Positions 28,440-35,842 of a stretch of 64,000 nucleotides of DNA are shown piece by piece. Numbering within the stretch: position 1 is the stretch's first letter; each line of letters begins with the position of its first letter. This DNA comes from Spirochaetia bacterium (GTDB lineage: Bacteria; Spirochaetota; Spirochaetia; SZUA-6; Bin103), in the NCBI GenBank assembly GCA_965208575.1, contig CBDBOV010000005.1, positions 288,001 through 352,000 on the forward strand, given 5' to 3'. The position numbers and the translations under genes were made by a program. The notes beneath the pieces were generated by a model that searched no databases, was not told the DNA's origin, and saw only the letters and a program-made list of their open reading frames with translations.

Positions 28440-28795
28440 TTCCCGCGCACCTGGGGTTGTTGCCGCCGCGCGTCGGCGCCGCCGGCGCCGGTTCCCCCGG
28501 AGCACCGCCGCTCCGCGGCGCCCCGCCCAGGCTGCCACCCGCTCCGTCACTGCCCGGCGGGCGGCCGTGGCTGCGGTCGCTGCGCTCGAACAGGCTCTGC
28601 AGTTGCGCCGCGTTGCTCAGGTTCAGCTTGCCGTCCTGCAGCAACTCGCGCGCCGTAGCGGGCCACTGTGAGCCCGGCAAATCGCGTCAAGGGGTGCGCG
28701 CAACTTCTTTGCGATTCTCTCCATGTCCCCGATCTGTCGGCACGGCGGGGTTGCCTTGTACTGGGCAAGTCCTGCCGCCTTCGGCGTTCGCACCC
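28440..28795 (-). pseudogene. Internally deleted copy of the HNH element at 33399-35225
   Basis: ARELLQDGKLNLSNAAQLQSLFERS...GEPAPA matches 34500-34715; 28670-28726 matches non-coding 35151-35209. Confidence 0.8.
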
Positions 28796-28847
28796 CAGCC
28801 GCGTGTGGACCGGTGCACGGCTCGCGTTATAGAGTAGGCTGCACGTC

Positions 28848-29444
28848 ATGGCTGTAGTTTCGGTACCGCGCCCATTGCAGGATCGCCTGGGAGAGGATGC
28901 CACGGCGTCGCTCGTGGAGATGCTGCGCCAGCTCGAGGAGGAGCAGGAAGAGCGGCGCGAAGTACAGAAAGAGCATCTGTTCCAGCTTCTGGAGGAACGG
29001 TTCCTCCGCCACGTGGCGGATTCCGAACATCGGACTCGCAAGGAACTGGGCCAGGAGATTGCCAACCTGCGCAAGGAGTTCGGCCAGGAGATCTCCGACG
29101 TGCGCAAGGAGCTCGGCCAGGAGATTGCCGACCTGCGCAAGGAGTTCGGCCAGGAGATTGCCGACCTGCGCAAGGAGTTCGGCCACGAGATTGCCGACCT
29201 GCGCAAGGAGTTCGGCCACGAGATTGCCGAAGTACGCAAGGAGATCTCCGGGGTGCGCAAGGAGATATGGGACGTGCGCAAGGAGATATGGGACGTGCGC
29301 AAGGAGATATGGGACGTGCGCAAGGAGATATCGGACGTGCGCAAGGAGATTACCACCCAAACGCGGTGGATACTCGTGGTGATGGGAGCCGCGGCGGTGC
29401 TGATCCCGATCATGCAGCGGGTCATGGCGACCCTTATGCCGTAG
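28848..29444 (+). CDS. LA_3696/CCDC90-like coiled-coil repeat protein with C-terminal membrane anchor
   Basis: VPRPLQDRLGEDATASLVEML head; RKEFGQEIADL and RKEIWDV repeats; TRWILVVMGAAAVLIPIM helix. Confidence 0.7.
   Translation: MAVVSVPRPLQDRLGEDATASLVEMLRQLEEEQEERREVQKEHLFQLLEERFLRHVADSEHRTRKELGQEIANLRKEFGQEISDVRKELGQEIADLRKEFGQEIADLRKEFGHEIADLRKEFGHEIAEVRKEISGVRKEIWDVRKEIWDVRKEIWDVRKEISDVRKEITTQTRWILVVMGAAAVLIPIMQRVMATLMP
29037..29351 (+). repeat. 6 x 33-bp followed by 5+ x 21-bp in-frame tandem repeats
   Basis: CGCAAGGAGTTCGGCCAGGAGATTGCCGACCTG units, then CGCAAGGAGATATGGGACGTG units. Confidence 0.95.
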
Positions 29445-29583
29445 CGCCCCGAAACCACCGGCTGCCGCGGCGATTCCGGCCCAACGGGCCTGCCGTGGAG
29501 CCTGCCGGAATTAGCCAGGCTCCTGGAGATCGTCGAGCGGAAGACTTGCCGTTGCCGCGGCACCTGCACTAGTATCCGCTTCC

Positions 29584-30750
29584 ATGCAACTCAAAGCGCC
29601 GGCGCGTGAGTTCCCGCCGCTGGAACGGGTGCGCAGAGACCTGCGCGTCAAGTGGTACCGCTGCCCGATCGAGCCGGCTCGGCTGCGCGAGCTGATGCGG
29701 CGCAGCGACCTGCGGGGCGCCTTTCAGACCCTCGGCCACCTGGGCCTGTGGGCCGCCTGCGGCGCAGCCACCGCCTGGTTCTTCACCCAGGGCATGTGGC
29801 TGCCGTTCGCGATCGCGCTGTGGTGCCAGGGCACGGTGGGCACCTTCCTCCGCGGTCTCGGCACCCACGAGCTCGGCCACGGCACCGTGTTCCGGACCAA
29901 GTGGCTCAACAAGTTCTTCCTGGTGCCGATGTCGATGCTGACCTGGTGGAGCTACCACGAGTACGCGATGAGCCACACCTACCACCACCGCTACACCCTG
30001 TACCCGGAGGGCGACCGCGAGGTCGTGCTGCCGATCGACCTGCCCCTGAAGCCGCTGCAGATCCTGCAGCGCCTCACTTTCAACGTGCAGGGCATGATCC
30101 AGATCGTCGGCGCCACCGTGCGCATGGCCATTCCCCGCTACCGCCGCGACCTGACCAGCATCCGCACCAGCGAGTGGACGGAAGCGCTGTTCAAGGTGGC
30201 CCCCGAGGTGGAGCGCAAGGCGGTGCGCTTCGCCCGGCTGACCATCCTGTTCCACGCATCGCTGCTGGTGCTGTCGGCGCTGACCGGCGCCTGGTGGATT
30301 TCGATCGTGTGCACCGGCTTCCTGTTCTGCGGCAACTGGCTGGCCGGCCTGGTGGGCACGCCGATGCACATCGGGCTGATGGACGGCGTGCCCGACTTTC
30401 GCATGTGCGTGCGCTCCAACCGGCTCGACCCGTTCACGTCGTTCCTGTACTGGCGCATGAACTGGCACACCGAGCACCACATGTTCGCCGGCGTGCCGTG
30501 CTACAACCTGAAGAAGCTGGCGCGCGAGATCGCTCCCGACATGCCGGAGCTGCGCACCCTGTGGCAGAGCTGGCGGGAGATGATCGACATCGAGAAGCGC
30601 CGCCGCACCGAGCCCGGCTACCAGTACCAGACCCCGCTGCCGCCAACCGCGCATCCCGCGGTGCTGGCCGAAGATCAGGTGGCCACCCGCAAGGGCGAGC
30701 GCGCCCGAATGGAGTCCTCGATCGGCGAACTTGCCCCAGTAGGCCAGTAG
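29584..30750 (+). CDS. Fatty acid desaturase family (MocD-like) di-iron membrane enzyme
   Basis: His boxes HELGH, HTYHH, HTEHH; transmembrane segments. Confidence 0.88.
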   Translation: MQLKAPAREFPPLERVRRDLRVKWYRCPIEPARLRELMRRSDLRGAFQTLGHLGLWAACGAATAWFFTQGMWLPFAIALWCQGTVGTFLRGLGTHELGHGTVFRTKWLNKFFLVPMSMLTWWSYHEYAMSHTYHHRYTLYPEGDREVVLPIDLPLKPLQILQRLTFNVQGMIQIVGATVRMAIPRYRRDLTSIRTSEWTEALFKVAPEVERKAVRFARLTILFHASLLVLSALTGAWWISIVCTGFLFCGNWLAGLVGTPMHIGLMDGVPDFRMCVRSNRLDPFTSFLYWRMNWHTEHHMFAGVPCYNLKKLAREIAPDMPELRTLWQSWREMIDIEKRRRTEPGYQYQTPLPPTAHPAVLAEDQVATRKGERARMESSIGELAPVGQ

Positions 30751-30856
30751 CCGGACCGATGCCTGCCGTACGTCGTGGCCTCGGCGGCATGAGGTCGCCG
30801 GCGCGCGGAAGCCGACCGGCGCGAGGGTGGAGGCGGCAACCGAGGCGGGAGGCGGA

Positions 30857-31864
30857 GTGAGCAACCTGGAGATCTACCTGCCGGCGCCGAACCGCGTGCA
30901 GTTGCGCCGGTACGAGGATGCGCCGCTCGGCAGCGGCGAAGTGCGCGGGCGAACCCTGGCCTCGATAGACAGTCCCGGCTCGATACTCGCGATACTCGGC
31001 GGGGCGATGCCGGAGTCGCTGCCTGCCCGCCCCGGGCACGCCGCCGTCTTCAAGGTCGACGAGGTGGGCAGCGAAGTGACTTCGGTGGCGCGCGACGACC
31101 GCCTGCTCTGCCAGGGCTCCAGCCGCTCCATGCAGCAGTTCGTCTCTCACCTGACCGCTCCGGTCCCGGCGGGTCTGGACCCGGTGACCGCGGTGCTGGC
31201 GCGGCTGATGGGGGTGTCCATGACCACGCTGATGACCACCGCGGCGCGGCCGGGCGACCTGGTCGCGGTCACCGGGCTCGGTCCGGTCGGCTACCTGGCG
31301 GCCCACCTGTTCCGGCTCGCCAACTACGAGGTGATCGCCGCCGACCCCGACGCGCGCCGCCGCCGGCTGGCCGCCGACTCCGGGATCACCCGGGTGTATG
31401 CGCAGTTGCCGGCCGACGATGCGGCCGTTGCCGGGTGCGTCGACCTGGTGGTGGAGTGCTCCGGCAACGAGGCCGCCGTGGCGGACGCCTGCCGGGTGGC
31501 CGCCACCGGCGCCGAGGTGGTGCTGGTGGGGACGCCGTGGATTCGCAACACCGAGATGTACGCGCAGGAGATCCTGAAGGAGGTGTTCTACCGCCTGCTG
31601 ACGCTGCGCAGCGGCTGGGAATACGAGATTCCGCTGCGCCGCATGCCGTTCGCGCATGGCGGCCACAACCGCGACTACAGCAACGCCCGCCACACCGTGT
31701 TCTCGGGCTATGAAAAAGCGCTCGCCTGGCTCGCCGCCGGCCGCATCCCGCTGGCCGGCATGGTGCGCACCGTCTCGCCACGCGACGCAGCCGCTGTCTA
31801 CCGCAGCCTGCAGCGCCGCGAGTACGAAGAGCTGTTCCTGATCTGGGACTGGACCGCGCTGTAG
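30857..31864 (+). CDS. Medium-chain dehydrogenase/reductase (zinc-binding ADH-like)
   Basis: VAVTGLGPVG Rossmann motif, DLVVECSG, VVLVG; GTG start after GGAGG. Confidence 0.8.
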   Translation: MSNLEIYLPAPNRVQLRRYEDAPLGSGEVRGRTLASIDSPGSILAILGGAMPESLPARPGHAAVFKVDEVGSEVTSVARDDRLLCQGSSRSMQQFVSHLTAPVPAGLDPVTAVLARLMGVSMTTLMTTAARPGDLVAVTGLGPVGYLAAHLFRLANYEVIAADPDARRRRLAADSGITRVYAQLPADDAAVAGCVDLVVECSGNEAAVADACRVAATGAEVVLVGTPWIRNTEMYAQEILKEVFYRLLTLRSGWEYEIPLRRMPFAHGGHNRDYSNARHTVFSGYEKALAWLAAGRIPLAGMVRTVSPRDAAAVYRSLQRREYEELFLIWDWTAL

Positions 31865-31922
31865 CTCCGCTTGTGGGGAGCGTCTACCTCAGCGTAACCT
31901 CTGCGACGGCTACTTGCCGACC

Positions 31923-32288
31923 TCAACGATGGGCGCCCGGTATCGCACGCACGCGGATGCGACGCTCGCTGATGACCGAGAAGTGTCCCTTCCACTGCAC
32001 TTGCGACGCAAGGCTGTCGGCCACGAATTGTGGCACGGTGTCTTTCGACATGCTGGCGAGACGGAACAGCACGATGCCATGCGACACCGGCATACGCGCT
32101 CGGAACGCCAGGTCTCCGAAATCCTTGTCGAAGGTCACCAGGAGACGCGATTCTTCCGAGGCGCGGCTCAGTACTTCGGTGTCTGCGATACCCGGTTCCC
32201 CTTCGGACACCCATGCGACGTCGTGTCCCGCGCTACGTAGTATCTTTACTGCGTCGCCTGGCACATTCTCGTCAGCGAGTATCCTCAT
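31923..32288 (-). CDS. DUF5615 PIN-like toxin
   Basis: MRILADENVP, GHDV, LLVTFDKDFG. Confidence 0.9.
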   Translation of the reverse strand: MRILADENVPGDAVKILRSAGHDVAWVSEGEPGIADTEVLSRASEESRLLVTFDKDFGDLAFRARMPVSHGIVLFRLASMSKDTVPQFVADSLASQVQWKGHFSVISERRIRVRAIPGAHR

Positions 32289-32299
32289 GCCCTGAAGGG

Positions 32300-32533
32300 C
32301 TATGCAGCTCCGATCGGAAACACCCTCTCCGAACGGAGTACATCACCGGCATACTGGAGACAGGCCCTGATGTCATCGGTGCTCAGGCGCGGATAGTTCG
32401 CAAGGATATCGGTTTCGCTCCATCCCTGAGCCAGCAGGTCGATGATGAACTCCACCGCCAGCCGGGTTCCTCGTACCACCGGCTTGCCCGTGAGCACGGC
32501 CTCGTCAGCGACGATTCGTTCTTGCCAATCCAT
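32300..32533 (-). CDS. DUF433 antitoxin
   Basis: GKPVVRGTRLAVEFIIDLLAQG...ILANYPRL..DDIRACLQYA; start MDWQERI after GGAGG. Confidence 0.9.
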   Translation of the reverse strand: MDWQERIVADEAVLTGKPVVRGTRLAVEFIIDLLAQGWSETDILANYPRLSTDDIRACLQYAGDVLRSERVFPIGAA

Positions 32534-32743
32534 GTTCCGGTCCTCCCGTTTCTCCTCCGGCCCCAGCATCAGATTCTCCTCGTTGGATAAAATAGCGCGA
32601 GTTCGATGGAACCACAATCGCTGACACCGTGGCGGGGTCCTGATGTCCGCCGGAGTTCGCGTCCGGTCGGGCTTTCTCAACCTATCCGCAACAAAGCGCG
32701 GCACCGACCGGTACGGCCACAACGACTTCCGCCGGCGATCAGC

Positions 32744-33061
32744 TCAAGCCACCGACCCGAGGCCGTTCTTCGCGACCAGTGTCAGGAGTTTCAGCGACGC
32801 GCCGCGAGGACGCTTCTCGCCGCGCTCCCACTGGCTCACCAGACCCGCGGTCACATTGAGATAGCGGGCGAACACCGCTTGGCTCGCGTTCTCCTGCAAT
32901 CGGATTGCGCGGATTCTCTCAGGCGTCATGTCCTCGACCGGCGTCAGGCACATCTCGTCGAACGCCTTCATGGTCCGCTTGCCCATCACACCCGCATCTG
33001 TCAGACCCAGCGCCGTCTCATGAGCCGCCGCGAGTGGCTCGCTCTTGTACTGCTCAGTCAT
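32744..33061 (-). CDS. HigA-like XRE antitoxin/regulator
   Basis: YKSEPLAAAHETA...SQAVFARYLNV...VSQWERGEKRPRGASLKLL. Confidence 0.85.
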   Translation of the reverse strand: MTEQYKSEPLAAAHETALGLTDAGVMGKRTMKAFDEMCLTPVEDMTPERIRAIRLQENASQAVFARYLNVTAGLVSQWERGEKRPRGASLKLLTLVAKNGLGSVA

Positions 33062-33190
33062 CGCACTCGACCTCCGAAATCGTCCCGTTCGCGAGTGCCG
33101 ATCGCATGCCGGCCTCGTCCATTCCAAGCATCTCCTCCGCGAGCAACCGGAACGCAACGCATAAACGGTTTGGTCTTGAACGTACGGAGC
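33054..33190 (-). pseudogene. HigB/RelE-like toxin relic with an internal deletion
   Basis: N-terminal RTFKTKPFMR joined out of frame to C-terminal AFRLLAEEML...NGTISEV; stop overlaps the antitoxin start. Confidence 0.65.
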
Positions 33191-33227
33191 CCGAAACTCC
33201 GTCTTGCGGGATCCCAATCGGAGACCA

Positions 33228-33248
33228 ATATAGCACTTAGTGCTACAT
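33228..33248 (-). promoter_or_regulatory. Operator palindrome of the higBA-like module
   Basis: TAGCACT-T-AGTGCTA inverted repeat overlapping a TGcTATATT -10 on the minus strand. Confidence 0.65.
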
Positions 33249-33398
33249 CGAATCAGTTCGCCGCTGAACGGCGGGCCGGGAAAGCTCGGCACGGGCTCCC
33301 CGATGTGGCCTGACTATTCACCCAGCATGCCGCGTGGCGTCACGGGTCTCCACGATGGCACGATCACGAACCGGCGCGACGGCTCGCGTCATGCGACT

Positions 33399-34985
33399 TC
33401 ACGGTGCGCCCGGGTTCTCATTCGGCACACTCGCCGGGTGGGCATGGCGCGGAGCGTGGCGCAACCTGTGGTGCGCACGGCACCGAATTCTGAGGTTCCA
33501 CAGCTCGGTAGCGCCGCCGAGCGCGAACGGCACCACGTGGTCGATCTCCAGCCGATAGCGTGAACCGCAGCGCCGGCCGCTGTGCGGGTCGACATAGCTG
33601 CAACAACCGTTGTCGCGGCGCCACACATCCCGCCTCACGGCCACCGAAATGTACCGTGACCGGGAGCCCGGCAACGCGCCGAAGCCGTTCAACGCGGCGA
33701 GGTGCCGCTCCAGGGCCGGCGACCGTTCCACCGCGCCTTGCGCGGCTGCGTACGCCAGCCGCTTCGCCGCCGAAGTGGTGTGCCCTCCGCTGCTCCACAC
33801 CGCCGCGGACGTCACGCTGCCGGGGTGGGTCCCGGTATGCCGCTTTGACGCCGAAGCGGGCCGCCCGCCGCCTGCGCTTGGCGCCGCCCGCGAAGTGCGA
33901 CCGGGTTCGACTTCCCCGTGCCGCTTCGCCGCCGAAGTGGTGTGGTCGCCGCTGTTCGGTGCCGTCGCCGGTGACGCGCTGCTGTGCTCGGGTTTCGAGG
34001 GGCGCTTCGGCACCGAAGGACCGGGCACACCATCCCGCACCGCCGCGGACGGTGCGTCACCCTGCTCGACTTCGCTCTGCCGTTCGACATCGCTCCCCTG
34101 CGCGCGCACCACGCTTTGCTGCACCGTTTCCGTATCGCGCCGCGCCGGCTTGTTCGCGGTTCGCGCGCCGTTGACCGAGCCGCGACCGCCGGTGGCCCGC
34201 GGCCGCGCCGGGTCGTAGCGGTCCAGACCGTCCCGCACCAGCCGCGCGATGAGCGCGCCTGGCGTCAGGTGCGGATTCGTGTGCGACAGCAACATCTGCA
34301 GCTTCTCCAGCCCATGCCGGCACTCCGCGTCGATCGTCGTCTTCAACTCCCAGCGCCCGCAGCCGAGCGCGCGCATGCGGTCGCTCGGCTGCGCCAGCTC
34401 CGGGTCCACCTCGGCCAGCATCTGCTGCACTTCGCGGGTGCTCTTGCCCGCCGCCTGCTTGACCAGTTCCTCCCGCGCCGCCGCGTCCAGCACCGGCCCG
34501 ACTACCGGTGCCGGGCCCGACTCGCCGGTGTGCACCGGTGGCGCCGGCGCCGGTTCCCCCGGTGCGCCGGCATTGCGCGGCGTCCGGCCCGGGCCGGCAC
34601 CGGTTCCGTCACTGCCCGGCGGACGGCCCCTGCTGCGTTCGCTGCGCTCGAACAGGTTCTGCAGTTGCGCCGCGTTGCTCAGGTTCAGGGAGCCGTCCTG
34701 CAGCAGCTCGCGCGCCCCGTTGGTTTGATCGCACAGCCGCATCGCCTTGATCCTCCGCCAGGCGGCGGCCGCGGTGTAGCCCAGTTCGTGTACCACGTAG
34801 TCAAACAAACTCCCGTAGCCGCGGGTCAGGTGGAGGCGGCGTGCCTCGATCTCGCGCAGGTGGTCGAGGACCAGGATCTGCAGCGCCTGCTCGTGGCGGG
34901 CGAGCTGCGCGGTCTGCGCCAACAGGAGGTGATCGGGCAGCGCGGCGACGGTGGACCAAGTGGCGGGAGAAGGTGATTCACTCAT
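33399..34985 (-). CDS. HNH endonuclease with a DUF222-like N-terminal region and a repeat linker
   Basis: HLREIEARRLHLTRGYGSLFDYVVHELGY N-terminus; RRDVWRRDNGCC...RCGSRYRLEIDHVVPFALGG...NLRIRCRAHH. Confidence 0.88.
   Translation of the reverse strand: MSESPSPATWSTVAALPDHLLLAQTAQLARHEQALQILVLDHLREIEARRLHLTRGYGSLFDYVVHELGYTAAAAWRRIKAMRLCDQTNGARELLQDGSLNLSNAAQLQNLFERSERSRGRPPGSDGTGAGPGRTPRNAGAPGEPAPAPPVHTGESGPAPVVGPVLDAAAREELVKQAAGKSTREVQQMLAEVDPELAQPSDRMRALGCGRWELKTTIDAECRHGLEKLQMLLSHTNPHLTPGALIARLVRDGLDRYDPARPRATGGRGSVNGARTANKPARRDTETVQQSVVRAQGSDVERQSEVEQGDAPSAAVRDGVPGPSVPKRPSKPEHSSASPATAPNSGDHTTSAAKRHGEVEPGRTSRAAPSAGGGRPASASKRHTGTHPGSVTSAAVWSSGGHTTSAAKRLAYAAAQGAVERSPALERHLAALNGFGALPGSRSRYISVAVRRDVWRRDNGCCSYVDPHSGRRCGSRYRLEIDHVVPFALGGATELWNLRIRCRAHHRLRHAPRHAHPASVPNENPGAP
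33758..34020. repeat. Array of four palindromic cores at exact 81-nt spacing
   Basis: GCTTCG-N4-CGAAG-type cores start at 33761, 33842, 33923 and 34004. Confidence 0.85.
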
Positions 34986-34992
34986 ACTCGTA

Positions 34993-35001
34993 AGTATACC
35001 A
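34993..35001 (-). promoter_or_regulatory. Extended -10 (TGGTATACT) 7 nt upstream of the HNH ATG; probable leaderless mRNA
   Basis: Motif spacing; no Shine-Dalgarno sequence. Confidence 0.55.
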
Positions 35002-35328
35002 TGGGATTGAAGATAGCCGATTCTTTCGAGTCCTTGATGGCGGTGAAACGGCACCCGGAAGGCCGCTCAGCGGGGCGCTGCCGGGTCCACGGAGCCCGAG
35101 TGGCATTCGGACAGTCGGAGGGGCCGCCACGGGCCGTGGCGAGCGCTCAGGAGCGCGGAAAATCGTGTCAAGTGGTGCGCGCAGCTTTTTTCGCGATTTC
35201 TCTCCGTGTTTGGCGTTCGCACCCATTCGGGTTGATCAGATGCGGATGAAGCGCCAAGATGCCAGTCAGCGCAGTCACGGGTTGCCGGTGACCTTCGCTC
35301 ACCCGGTGACCGTGCCCCCCACGAATCG

Positions 35329-35357
35329 TTGACGGCGCGCCGCGCCTATGCTAGCGT
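35329..35357 (+). promoter_or_regulatory. Sigma70-like promoter
   Basis: TTGACG-N17-TAGCGT with TGn extension. Confidence 0.45.
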
Positions 35358-35653
35358 GTCTCACTGGGGTTTGACGGATGCCGATGAAGCGTCATGATAA
35401 CAGTCAGCGCAGTAGCCGGTTGGCGGTAACGCAGCCGATGTCCCCCCCCTCCCCGGGACTACCGACTACCGACTACCTAACCGCGCGGCAGCCAGTCGCT
35501 CGGCGCCAGTGCTGACCGCGGCACCATCGATCCGCGCGGCACACAGCCGTGCGTGTGGCGGCGGACCGCGTCGGCCGCAACCTCCACCAGTCTACATCAA
35601 CCGGCGTTGCCGGCACTTCAGTAGAGAGGGGCACATCTGCGCCCGACCGAGGG

Positions 35654-35819
35654 GGTGCAAAATGATACTCAAAGAGCCGCACGCGCGCGGCGTGAGCCGG
35701 GGTGAACCCGGTGAGTCACACGCCGCGCGCTTCACAAATCTGACTCTGTCTGGCCGGCCGTCTGCGTTGCGGGCGCGAGAGTAGCCAGGGAGCGGCAATC
35801 CGCTCCGCAATACTCTCAA
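35654..35819 (+). promoter_or_regulatory. Conserved structured 5' leader of SBP cassette 1 (candidate cis-regulatory RNA)
   Basis: Homologous to 48885-49041 (minus); stems conserved, loops variable. Confidence 0.55.
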
Positions 35820-35842
35820 GAACACATTTTATGGAGAAAACC

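Noticed and set aside
29037-29351. Possible CRISPR array
   Set aside because: Units are contiguous with no unique spacers, lie in frame within a protein, and no cas genes are present
33758-34020. Canonical CRISPR array
   Set aside because: Cores are only ~14 bp, intervals are related to each other and no cas genes are present; kept as a non-canonical finding instead
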